NCBI RefSeq assembly: GCF_000002075.1
Contig: NW_004797455.1
Location: 1,144,177-1,208,176 of the forward strand
Direction: 5' to 3'
Length of the DNA: 64,000 bases
Source: Aplysia californica
Taxonomy: Eukaryota
Positions 37,801 to 48,622 of this stretch are shown here, piece by piece; within the stretch, counting starts at the first letter, position 1, and each line of letters opens with the position of its first letter. The notes under the pieces are model-generated. The model saw only the letters and a program-made list of their open reading frames with translations. It made no database searches and had not been told where the DNA came from. Made by a program: the position numbers and the translations under genes.

Positions 37801-40800
37801 AGGAAATGGAAATGACTCATACGTTTTCATTCCTCCAGTGCTTTATCCTGGCATCCATGGCAAAAAGGAGGCAAACAATACGAGACCACCCCTAGACAAA
37901 ACACTGGTCAGCCAACCCCCCCCCCCACACACACACCAATTGGACTCCCTTCGTACCTCGTGGAGAAGGGAAAACTGTGCAACTACAAATTATCCTTTTT
38001 TCTATGTGCAGAGAATGTCAGCTAGCACCAGCAAGAATAAGTACATAACTTTTAGATTAGGTGCAAAACAGCCAATGACAGTACACACAGAGTCCACTGT
38101 CATCAGATAATCGCAACCAGTAAATGCAAAGTAACTATTCTTCATTTAAAACTAAACTTGCAGAAAAATAAAAATAACTGCATACAAACGACTGAACAGT
38201 ACCTGCTTCTTGATGAAATAGAAACGGCATCCGCATCGGACTGTTGTACTGAAGACATAGGCCTCGTAGTCACAGGATTAGGCACTCTTGTCTGCCATGG
38301 GGCACGGAGCCTCTGAGTTTGAAGCTGAATTAGTCTTTGATATTCCTCCTTTTCCTGTAAGCGAATGCACTGAAGAAAAAATTACGAAACAGGAGGTTAT
38401 TGCATGAAGAGTGCTCTTCATTGAAAGAAACACACTTTTGTCTTATCATCAGTAAGAAACATTATTGTACAAAGGCAGATATTACCAAACAAAAGTCGAA
38501 AGCTGTCTTCTCAAAGAAATATGCAAAACAGAGAAACTTACTGCACTGGCTGTGGATGGCTTTGTCTGTCCAAACAAAGATGTATTAGATGATCGGGAAC
38601 TTGAACAGCGAACTCTGTGTGACGGCATAACTCTTGATTCTCTGGCATCCCTGTTCTTCCCAGGAACTGAGATACAGGGAAAACAAAGCATAGCTAAAGA
38701 CCAATGGAACCTTGTATTCTGAACCAGTCACCCCCCCACCACCCCCACTACATTCAAACTTTTCCAAAATTTTGTTGAAAGAAAGTGGGAAAAAAAAAGA
38801 GCCCACAAACGGTATCAGCTTTTATTGTGTATTTGTGATAGTACTGAAGGAAAAAATTATGAAGTTGAAATTGCACATATGCAATGCAGGGGGTCATATT
38901 TTGTAAATTGGAAAATGTCACACATGCTTTTATTGTAACAGCAGGTCTATTTAAAATCAACACAAAAGATTTAGGTGTACAGGAAAAGATCAATGTGTAT
39001 ACATACCAACATGTGAGAAATGATGCCGTATATTCATTCTGTGGTTCTAAAAAAAAAAGAAGAAAAAAAAAAGAAAAGCATACAGATAAAGTGAACTATT
39101 AATTTTTAGGTAAAGAAATTTACAGAACATCTATTTTCAAGTTTGAGAAGAGCAACACATCTTGCAAAACAGAACATTTTTATGTGACCACAGCATTTCA
39201 TACAGTTTGTTTTTCAGCAAAGCTATGAAACAACAATGCATTACAAATAACAGCATTTTTACTACCATAATGGCACTGCCCAAGACATCCACCTGTCTAA
39301 GGCAAATCACTTTTCTCTGCGACAATGGGTGGCCATCTTGGACAATTTCCAGTGTATGATGAAATTAAAATTGTGATGCAACTCTTATTGCACCCCCCCC
39401 CTCCCATACACACGAAAAAACAGAAACTCACACACCTACTATATTTACCAACACGTACGTCATGTAGCTCTCTAAAACCCTCCCTCGATTTCCCTTCCCT
39501 TGAACCTTTTATTTACTGGTATGACTTCTATTTATTTCTATTTTCCTGAATCAGTTTCGACATCTGATACAATCAATACAAACTATGAAATCTAAAAATC
39601 AAAATTTCAGTAGACAAAAATCAGGATTTGGTGGAAAAAAAATCAAAATCATGACAAATCACCTCAGGGTGACTGCCAAGTTAACAAAGAATTTCCAGGG
39701 GTGGCCATTCATTCTCGAAGGGTACTGTAAATATCGACCCCGAAACTGACCTATTCTGTGTTGACGACAACAGAAAATAACAACTGTGAACCCAGAGGAA
39801 TGGGGGGTCTCTCTTTACGTTATGGTATTTCAGTCAGCATTTATTTTTATTTTTCTCCCACCATACAGGCCTACATTAGGGAAAAAAAGAAAAGAAACAA
39901 TTATAAAAATCCTGAATTGGGCCAGAAAATCAACTTTCAAAACTATGTCTGGGTTTCAGCATTCACAGATACAATAAAACCCCAACAAAAAAAGAAAAAA
40001 AAAGGTGCAAGACATTAATTTAACGCACGAATACGTTAAATGCAATGATAAGCGCGCGTTTGAACTTACAACAGTTCCTGTAAAATCCCTACGAAATTAT
40101 CAAGTAAAAAACTAAAGCATTCACAAATCAAATTTTTGTAAAAGTACATCGAGTTAAGAGAAAGTCAGAACTATGTTTTTAAGGATCCATTTATATATAA
40201 AACATTGGCATCATCTTTTGCCTAACCAGCCTGTAAACATCAGTCAGATCATCGCTTAATGTTTGAAGGCTTAGAATCTAGAGTAGAGTCGGGTAACTTC
40301 GCTACTCTCCGTTGGCTCGCGACGAAACAAGCCTACACCTCCTATAGGGACTTAAACTCTTCCTTGGTGGGTATATCGGATTATTCCTATTCCATATCGT
40401 GGGGGGGTGGGGGGGGAGACAGGTGGCAAATTTTCACTCCTGGCGAAGTTACCCGAATCTGCTCTAGATCTAGTCCTAGTTGATCAAGTTCACATTAGCC
40501 TAGATTCTAGATCTAGATTTGAGTTTGACAATATACTGGAACACAATTTTGGGGTCTCAGAGATTTTAGCTTACTCAGCTGTGTTAAAAAATGAATCAGG
40601 AGCATAGTCTTTGATCAAGACTCAATGGAGAGTAGTTGCGGCAATAAAACTTCCAATTTCTCCATAATTTTTGTTTGCCACTGACAGTGACAGCTGAAGT
40701 TTAGATCTTGATCTCGATCAAGACTCTAGTCAATTTATGTTTGATTCATGATTTGATCCTGATATCTTCTGCTAGCAGTCACAGCAGTAAAGAAAATGTC

Positions 40801-43800
40801 TATAGATAAGTGAACAGGGCATTGAACTAAATGCCTATGTCGCAAAAGGCAACAGCGAGGGGCTTTCACACAGTTCAAAAGATCACGTACAAACCCAAGG
40901 GGAAAACACAAACACAATTTTAAACGCACTAGTACATTTGGGGTTTTGATTCATGTCTCTTGGTCTATCCCTTCTCACAAAGGCCTGTATAACTTCACAA
41001 TAACTCCTTTCTTTTACTCGTTCAATCTAGTTTACCACCTCAGTCTCCAATATTTCCCTCTCTGCCAGTAGCAAAAATGCTCATTTGAAGCCAGACGAAT
41101 TGAAGAAAATAAAGTTAAAGTATCTTATCTAGGGATAAGGGAGCTCTTAGTTAAAGTAAACGTTTTACAGCACTTACAACACAATTATGTCATATAAGAG
41201 TGGGAGATGAGAGGTGTTACAAGAGAGTAACAAACACAAAAAAGGAGAGGTAGAAAAGATAGATGTTTGAAACGAAAGGAGCAAACCACACCAAAGCACC
41301 TGTAAACCGCCTGCGAGGGAGCTCTGAAAGGTTTAAGATATAACAACAGTTAAAAACTACTTGCTCAGAAGTTATTCAGATCTGATTCTCAATGCACGAA
41401 ATTATAAGCTCAATGTTAAGTTTTTTGGGGGTTTTAGTAAAGGTTTTATGGCGCTCTCAACTGCATAAGGTCATATGAGTGCCAAGGGGTGGATGTCAAC
41501 AGAAAAGTCCTTACAGGGAATCAGGCTTACTCTGCTCACCTCTCTAGTTTCAAGGGCACAAAGTCTGCTTCAACTATCAAGGAACCTCGGATATAGCGGA
41601 TCACAAGAGTGCGACAAACATTCGAAAGAAGTAGAGGAAAATGACGATAGTAAGGATTAGGAAAGAAAAAGCGGCAGTTCCCTGTTGCAAGTTCAGGTTC
41701 AGTAATGAGCATGACATTGATGAATCAGCCCATTTAGTTTAGTTTTAGTGAGTGTTTTACGGCAATTGCAACACAATAAGGTCATATAAGTGCCTAAGAA
41801 AAGAAGTGGTACAGGAGAGTACCATACACAAAAAAGAAGGAGAGATAAGGACGATGGATGATAGTAAAGTAGGAATTTCGGTAGTCCTACGCTGTCGCAG
41901 ATTTTTACGGAGGGATTTGATAATGACGGAGGAACAAGTACAGAACTGGCAGAAAGTACGGATTTCTGTAAAAATACGGAAGAGTGGAAGCACTGATAAG
42001 AACACATTAATGATCCCCCCCCCGGGAAGGGCCTAAAGTCACTTCCGTCAATAGCACTGCCCCGGCAGGTAATTGTTTAGTTTTAATTTTTAACAAGGGC
42101 ATTGCGACACAAAAAGGTCATATCTAAGAGCTGTAGATAAGAGGTGCTTCAAGAGACCAAGAAAATGAGGTGGAGGAACAGGATGATAGACGTTCAACAG
42201 GAAACAAGGTGCAAACCACACCACACCACAGCACCCACCAACCACCCACAAAAGCTAAAGGAAACGGTTGAATAAAACATGTGGGGCTAGTACGGACAAA
42301 AGAAACAATGCTCTTGTTATCAATATTAATTCTCATAGTCAAACTTCTTATTCTTTTCAGCCACAGATGATAACCATAAACTGACACTGATCAAGATAAA
42401 ATGACAATGAAATACGTAGCTGGCACACTTACATGTGATGGTCTGTCATCTCCATTAATGTGAGACAGCCTTGAGGTATTTCCGTTCCTGTAAGATGATA
42501 CAGTGACCCATGGCTCCCTGGAGTCATTGTGGCCGGAAACAGTCTTCTCTTCAGGTCTGGACTTTGACCGCACCCAATTTGCCATTCTTGTAGCTGACAA
42601 TCTAATGAAGCTGACAACTGTTTTAAAAAAAGAGCAAAATGTTTCAAAAGTAAAATCTCTGTGAAATAAAGGGAAACGTATAAAGGGAAACGTAGAAAAA
42701 CATTAAATAATTGTATAATCAAGCTCCATAGAGAACTGCTAGAGACGGAAAAAAACCCATCCAACAGCAATCTCTCCCTGTGGTGGTGTTCACATGCTTG
42801 TCCAAGTGTTACGTACTTTTAATACAAAATGACAACAAAAAAATAGCATAGTGTGAATCTCTCTGCGCAAGCCCATTCCCAGCGACAAAAGATGAATTCC
42901 TTAAAATTGGGCGGTGTCATGTCATTTATAACCTAGCAAGGGATGCCTCCTTAGACCACTGAGAAAAAGGACAAATGTAGTTGGAAAGAAATCCCTGTGC
43001 AGTACGGAGAGGATCTGCCGTTGATGGTATGATAAGAGGAGATACCGTTTCCAAATGGACGTGCTAGGCAGAGGCAAAAATCATGAATTCAAATCCTGGG
43101 AAAAAGAGTACACAGCAGTTTAAAAATTTTTTCTCCTATTATAGGGATGAAAAATGTTCCTCTATAAAATTTCCACTTTAACCCCCTTTCCTGCACTGCT
43201 TTCTAATCATGTCCCCCCCCCCCGGCTCCTGACTCATTCTACCGCTTGTCCTGGCTCCCTTCTATTGCCATCTTTCAGCCATACTCCTGTTCTTAAGATA
43301 GGTAAGAACAAACATTTAGCCTTCTCAGATTAGGGTGAAAAATCTCTGACGTCCCACGTGCAAGTTGCGAGCGGCAAAGATCCCTCCATGGTCCTAAAAT
43401 TGATAGGAACAGGCTTCGGCCGACCTGAGAAAAATTAAAAATTAATTCCTACTAAATTTAAAATGCTTAATGTGTCCAGGGCGCTCACATGACCGTGTGC
43501 AGTTATGAGCGCCGTAGTTGAGCTACTGCAAAATTGCGCATTGAATGGAGCACACAGCATTCCTGAATTTTTAACTTATAAAATGTCAGAATGCTGTTTG
43601 TGAAAATGAGCAATGAACCCAACAAAACAACCAAAACAAAAAAATTAAACATGATTCAGAATTACAATAGAGCACAATTATTCACAAAGTATTTTCAATT
43701 TCTATATAGACTAAAACAATTGGTCAACTGTGCCATTTCAAGCACAAAAAATTTAAAATGAAAAGCCATGATTTCTATGATTAACACAACCAAGCCAAAA

Positions 43801-46800
43801 ATATCCGAATCAAGGACATCAACAATAAATATTTGTTCCACAGAAAACCCCTTCTTCAATAGATCAACACATTCCAAGTCATTCAAAATCTTAGGGAAAA
43901 ATTTTAAAAATTGGCGAACTATCGTTAGAAAGGAATTCAAGATTTGCTTTCTCGCAATGTATTGTGCAAACAATGTATTCTTATTTCTCCAACTATATTT
44001 TACACAAATCATTCATGTGGTGCTTTGATGTACCATTTTTTTTACATACAGCTATTTCTCCCACCCAAAATAAAACTTCCATTATATAAACATGGCAAAT
44101 TTGACCATAAAAATGGATTATTAAAGAGAACGTCTAAAACAAAGAGAAAATATTCAAGTAAACTACATACAAGACTGAGATGGGTCTACTCTTCTTTTCT
44201 TTTCCACTCGAGTTATCTGGACGTCTGGATCATCATCATCCCTAAAAAGAGTCAAGCAAAAAATCATTAAAAATTTTAAAAATGAAAATAAAAGAGAGCT
44301 TTTAAAGCAAAAAATAGCGAAGCACTTTACCTCTTCAGATTTCAATTGTTGTTGGAGATATTCCCACCAATAGAAATAATGTTTCACTCAAGTCGGAGAG
44401 AGCTCCAGTAGCTGAGTGGTTAGCGAGCTCTGGCACAGAAATGATGCAAATATAAACATTGGTGACACAGCATTTAGAAGGGTTGTCACTTGGGAGCATC
44501 CATGAGTAAGAAAAAGTTAATCCTTGGGGGGAGGGGGGCACTGCTCCGTTATGCAAAACGAGCTATGATTATAATAGATTCATCATGCAACATTGTACCA
44601 AAATTTCACTTTGGAAATCAGTTTAGCTTTACTTTTCTTTTTTTTTAACCTGGTAGACAATTACACACAAAAGTAACCTAAACTTTGAACAAATTTTTTA
44701 GCCTCTGTAGTTTTAGTATATCACAGGGGGAGATGAAAGCAGATGACAGAACGTGTCTAGACAACAGTAAAATTGATAAAAGAGGTGGAAGGAGAATATT
44801 TGAGAGAACATTGTCCTGTCGCTGTCCGGTTTTGAATATATTGAAAGAGAGGCAAACACAGTGCCTCTAAACCACGAGAGCCTCTGATTTAAACTTTTTA
44901 TCCATCGCAAAATAGTTTTAGAGATACAGTCGAGCCTGTGAAAGACAGAATTGCAAGGGAGCCAGAAAAAAATTCCGTCTTGGACAGGTAAATTTAGGGG
45001 GGTGATGGAGGGGGGTTTCAAAGGCCCAGCCGGTGGGAACAAGGGTTGCTTGTCCTGTCGGCAAGCAGTGGTCAAAACTTCACACCTCTCAACTACTATC
45101 CTCTCTAATAATGACATGGGTCAGTCTTACTTATTACTGCCAGTGCTTGAATTTCATAGGACCACTGTTTGACCTATTAAAAACAGAAACGTTTGAACAT
45201 CTCATTCGTTTCTACCTTTAGCCCCACCCATCGGTGTAACAAGCACAGTCAACAAATGCCACCCCTCACTGCAATGTAACAATGATTTGAGGACCTCTTT
45301 TCTTGGCTGGCTGTTCTATCAATGCGGCAGGCATTGGTCAAACTAATTTCAAACCTTTGGCTTCTGGCTACCCAGGAAAGTTCCGTAGTGGCTCGATACT
45401 CGAGCACTTTCATTGGCACTCGTGAGATTTCACACCCACACCACCCTAAATCCTGACCATCTTTATCGTTCAGGGCTTACATTTTACATAGAGATGGGAT
45501 AACAACCCCCCAACTGCACCCTTGACCCCCTTCCTCGCCCAGCGGCATAGAATTAAATTTAAAGCCGGCGGAACCAAACTTGTTTTGTTTCAAATCAGGA
45601 CTGAGCTGGCAAAGCATTTTTCCGTCTTCAACAGGTAACACCCTCAGAAGGAAGCGAATTTTTCTTCCCATTTCCGCGTTAGTTTTAGAATGGGTAATTA
45701 AAGAGGAATATATCAAAGGGGGAGTGGGGAGATTAAGACAGGTTTCTGTTAAGGCAGGTTCGACTGTACTTTATGTTTGCGCAGTGACAACGTTCATGGC
45801 GCCGTGAATGTTGTTTGCAGGCTACGTTTACGGCACCCTGAGTCATCCACCATTGGCACAGAGTCACGACCGAAACAGCACAGAAATACTCGCGTGAAAA
45901 ATAATGCAGCAGTTGTCCGAACGCAACGGAGTTACGGAGGGTGAAGGCGAGAACAGTAAAACACCCTCGCTTGCTCATCGCGCGGAAAACGACTTTGATC
46001 TTCTTCCCGTGTGCGGACCCAGCAACACTCGACAATTTGAAAACAAAAGTCTTTCAAAGAAACAAGGGAGAATGGAAGAAGGCCAAGGCGAGAAGAGGGG
46101 TGGGAGGTGGTGAAAAAGGGAAAAGCAAAAGGGAAAAGGGTGAAGCGAGCAAGATCATTCTTACACTGCAAACTATGTTCAGGGTGCCATGAATGTAGCC
46201 ACAGCATTATGTTTATGTTCAAATTAATAACGCTAGATTAATAATTGCTTGCAAAGCAATACTTTGCGTGTTCTTAAAAATTGTGTGTGTTTGGTGATGG
46301 TGGTTGGTTTGGGCCAAGTTTTAATAGGCACCAATTAACCCTATCCACCCCTATTCTTCACATTTTAGAATACGAAATCTCTTTGAAATGTTCAGTATTT
46401 CTCAAAAAATCATTTTTGACAGACTGCTATGCAAAGTGTACGGATCGGATTAACGAGTAAATTTCCTGTTAGGAAAGTGGTGGCACAGAGTTCCCCACGT
46501 CGTATTGATACGATCTAAGTAAAACACGACATACGAATAGGGTTAACTTGGACAGAGCCACTTTTTGTAAATATTTGATAGAACAGGACTAATACTATGT
46601 GGAAAAAGAAAAGTGTGCGAAAACTGTTAATTTAAAAGACTTAGGCCTATAATTTTAGGCTTAATAATAAAAATTGTCATTGTTCATTGTTAGTTATTAA
46701 ACTTTACTGTTATTTTTGTATTTCATGTTTTGTGCTAGGAGTAATAATGAAGCTCAAATTCAGATGAGATGTTCATATAAGAGAATATATAATATAGATC

Positions 46801-48318
46801 TAGATCTAGATCTAATATATTTATAAAAAGACTCTTCATTGAGATGGATTGTTTCAGTTTCAGTTTCAGGATAGAAGGCCACCTCTATTCTCACCCGGAG
46901 TGAGAATAGTGCAGGCGAGTCTTGTGGCTATTCTCACCCGGTGCGCGTTCATCAAATTTTGCGTTCACCCTAAACCACAGAATTCTACACTGTGATAACA
47001 GTGCCGTGAACAAACGTTCCATTACAACTGTAGCCTACTAAAAGCATACAATTTTGTCTGGGGGCAGTGGAGANNNNNNNNNNNNNNNNNNNNNNNNNNN
47101 NNNNNNNNNNNNNNNNNNNNNNNNNNNNNNNNNNNNNNNNNNNNNNNNNNNNNNNNNNNNNNNNNNNNNNNNNNNNNNNNNNNNNNNNNNNNNNNNNNNN
47201 NNNNNNNNNNNNNNNNNNNNNNNNNNNNNNNNNNNNNNNNNNNNNNNNNNNNNNNNNNNNNNNNNNNNNNNNNNNNNNNNNNNNNNNNNNNNNNNNNNNN
47301 NNNNNNNNNNNNNNNNNNNNNNNNNNNNNNNNNNNNNNNNNNNNNNNNNNNNNNNNNNNNNNNNNNNNNNNNNNNNNNNNNNNNNNNNNNNNNNNNNNNN
47401 NNNNNNNNNNNNNNNNNNNNNNNNNNNNNNNNNNNNNNNNNNNNNNNNNNNNNNNNNNNNNNNNNNNNNNNNNNNNNNNNNNNNNNNNNNNNNNNNNNNN
47501 NNNNNNNNNNNNNNNNNNNNNNNNNNNNNNNNNNNNNNNNNNNNNNNNNNNNNNNNNNNNNNNNNNNNNNNNNNNNNNNNNNNNNNNNNNNNNNNNNNNN
47601 NNNNNNNNNNNNNNNNNNNNNNNNNNNNNNNNNNNNNNNNNNNNNNNNNNNNNNNNNNNNNNNNNNNNNNNNNNNNNNNNNNNNNNNNNNNNNNNNNNNN
47701 NNNNNNNNNNNNNNNNNNNNNNNNNNNNNNNNNNNNNNNNNNNNNNNNNNNNNNNNNNNNNNNNNNNNNNNNNNNNNNNNNNNNNNNNNNNNNNNNNNNN
47801 NNNNNNNNNNNNNCTTTGTTTTGGTCAATTTGATCGTCCACACCGATAGACAGTATTCAGAAAGAGACAGAGAGAGAGAGAAGAGGGGAGGAGTAGATCT
47901 TGCGAGAACTTCCGGGCGGGTGAGAATAGCCACTTTCTTGCTAACACGGGACCGCAATTGTACAGGAGTGCAAGGGATAGGGCTGAACATTTGCAATTTA
48001 TCCCCCTCCTGACATGCATGTCTTTATCCTGTAGCCTAAAATTGACCCTATCCCCTCTTTTGGCTTTCCCAAGGACCCAAATTTGACATAGAGGATCTAA
48101 GATTTAACAACAGAAAAACCAGTGAACAGCAAATAAACCATTTAGAACCACAGTAACAAAGGCATAGCCACCTATTATCGATAATCCCAGTCGCAATGCA
48201 ACAAAACTCACCAGTCTTCTTTGGGACGCTTTCTCTTTAGTCCAGGTTGAACCTCCAAAGTTTCATGAGTTGAACTCGAGAAAAACAATCGCAAATTTTC
48301 AGAAAGTGATTTCAACAT
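22018..48318 (-). CDS. SENP1: Sentrin/SUMO-specific protease, SENP1/SENP2-like (Ulp1, peptidase C48)
   Basis: Exons in transcript order: 48318-48212, 44241-44171, 42617-42433, 39046-39007, 38666-38542, 38369-38203, 37483-37358, 36244-35997, (34624-34472), 34065-34032, 33031-32975, 31763-31679, 30465-30433, 30007-29908, 28823-28681, 27664-27461, 26367-26288, 24570-24492, 22777-22682, 22083-22018. All are GT-AG and phase-consistent. Catalytic domain: [36 protein letters not shown] (His), YFDSMG (Asp), [13 protein letters not shown] (Gln/Cys), [22 protein letters not shown]1 versus SENP2 orthology cannot be resolved here. Confidence 0.95.
23013..23610 (+). mobile_element. Mutator-like (MULE) non-autonomous element
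   Basis: 9-bp TSD TTTTACTAT (23004-23012 and 23611-23619). Terminal inverted repeats built from ATTCCCAGTGACACTGGG. Internal remnant [24 protein letters not shown]. Confidence 0.8.
23770..24150 (-). mobile_element. SINE-like repeat family A copy
   Basis: Reverse complement matches 13548-13900 (CCTGATCTTAG, TTCTCAGATAAAGGTG). Confidence 0.6.
24966..25620. mobile_element. piggyBac-like MITE
   Basis: 13-bp TIR CTCATTGACGACG flanked by TTAA on both sides. Confidence 0.85.
27944..28572. mobile_element. piggyBac-like MITE
   Basis: 15-bp TIR CACATTACACCCTAA flanked by TTAA on both sides. Confidence 0.85.
30598..30812 (+). mobile_element. SINE family B copy
   Basis: GGTTAGGCAC...CTGTCACATGCAGAAGA head and ...GCCCTGA...GATGGGGATGTAAAA tail shared with 16493-16712. 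Confidence 0.7.
31819..31892 (+). repeat. (GA)n microsatellite
   Basis: Direct observation. Confidence 0.95.
31905..32780 (-). mobile_element. 5'-truncated non-LTR retrotransposon fragment with RNase H domain
   Basis: [22 protein letters not shown] and [21 protein letters not shown] motifs, followed by a degenerate CCHC region and an AAGTA-repeat tail. The YTDGS motif has been lost. Confidence 0.85.
33230..33500 (-). mobile_element. Probable SINE with conserved core-like domain
   Basis: Minus-strand GGTTTGAGCC B-box-like sequence followed by GTGTCCTGTGGAAAGACACTTTA core-like motif. Confidence 0.45.
34472..34624 (-). CDS. Duplicated SENP exon (phase 1-1) carrying a second SIM-like motif TIVIDDDEE
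   Basis: Paralog of the 3' half of exon 36244-35997. It keeps the same ACAG|GTGAGG donor, has a candidate acceptor (gatgtacag), and is 153 nt with an open frame. Confidence 0.6.
34899..35938. mobile_element. DNA transposon-like insertion with CAGTGCT termini
   Basis: Absent from the paralogous intron copy (34153-34470). Ends are CAGTGCT...AGCACTG. The right end is repeated at about 41871-41994. Confidence 0.65.
41730..41865 (-). mobile_element. Dispersed LINE 3'-end family (ATGACCTTATTGT...GCCGTAAAAC, CTAAA tail)
   Basis: Related copies at about 8410-8615 (+), and 26630-26800, 41150-41310 and 42075-42250 (-). Confidence 0.6.
44925..45168. mobile_element. Tc1/mariner (Tigger-like) MITE
   Basis: TACAGTCGAGCCTGTGAAA...TTTCATAGGACCACTGT imperfect TIRs. 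Related TACAGTCGAACCTGC ends at about 45768 (minus) and 52445. Confidence 0.5.
45779..46205. mobile_element. Mutator-like MITE, copy 1
   Basis: TIR GCAGTG(G/A)C(T/A)AC(A/G)TTCATGGC. Near-TSD TTTATGTTT/ATTATGTTT. Inverted homolog at 51118-51591. Confidence 0.7.
46880..47945. mobile_element. TIR element with CTATTCTCACCCG repeats spanning assembly gap
   Basis: CTATTCTCACCCGG repeats on the left and CGGGTGAGAATAGCCAC on the right. Confidence 0.45.
47074..47813. other. Assembly gap (N)
   Basis: Run of N. Confidence 1.
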
Positions 48319-48622
48319 TGGTGAAATTTGATATTGCAGCTCAACACTCGAACGCAAGATGAGAAGCGCCACGGAAGTACAGTAGAAATAATTAACCACC
48401 TTCTTACACAGAAGAGCTGAAGTCTGCTGGACGCTGGAGGAGATAAAAAAAGTTGAAACTCGGTCGGCACAGTTCAGAAGGCAAAAGTCAGAGGTCATCA
48501 GCTCCTGCACTGACTGACAAAGTCCGACTGCATTGTGCACGAAACGACAGCTGAGCTGATAACTGATAAACAAAAGTTGAGGGCCTGTTACTGTCATAAC
48601 TTTAGAGCCTCGGCTACATACT
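48319..48622. promoter_or_regulatory. Bidirectional promoter / 5' UTR region between SENP and DUF1295 genes
   Basis: Divergent start codons are about 304 bp apart. ETS-like CGGAAGT at 48372-48378. Confidence 0.7.

Noticed and set aside
44331-44430. Possible SENP exon ending GAAGAG|GTAAAG
   Set aside because: The required phase-2 frame contains TGA. The exon at 48318-48212 fits instead.
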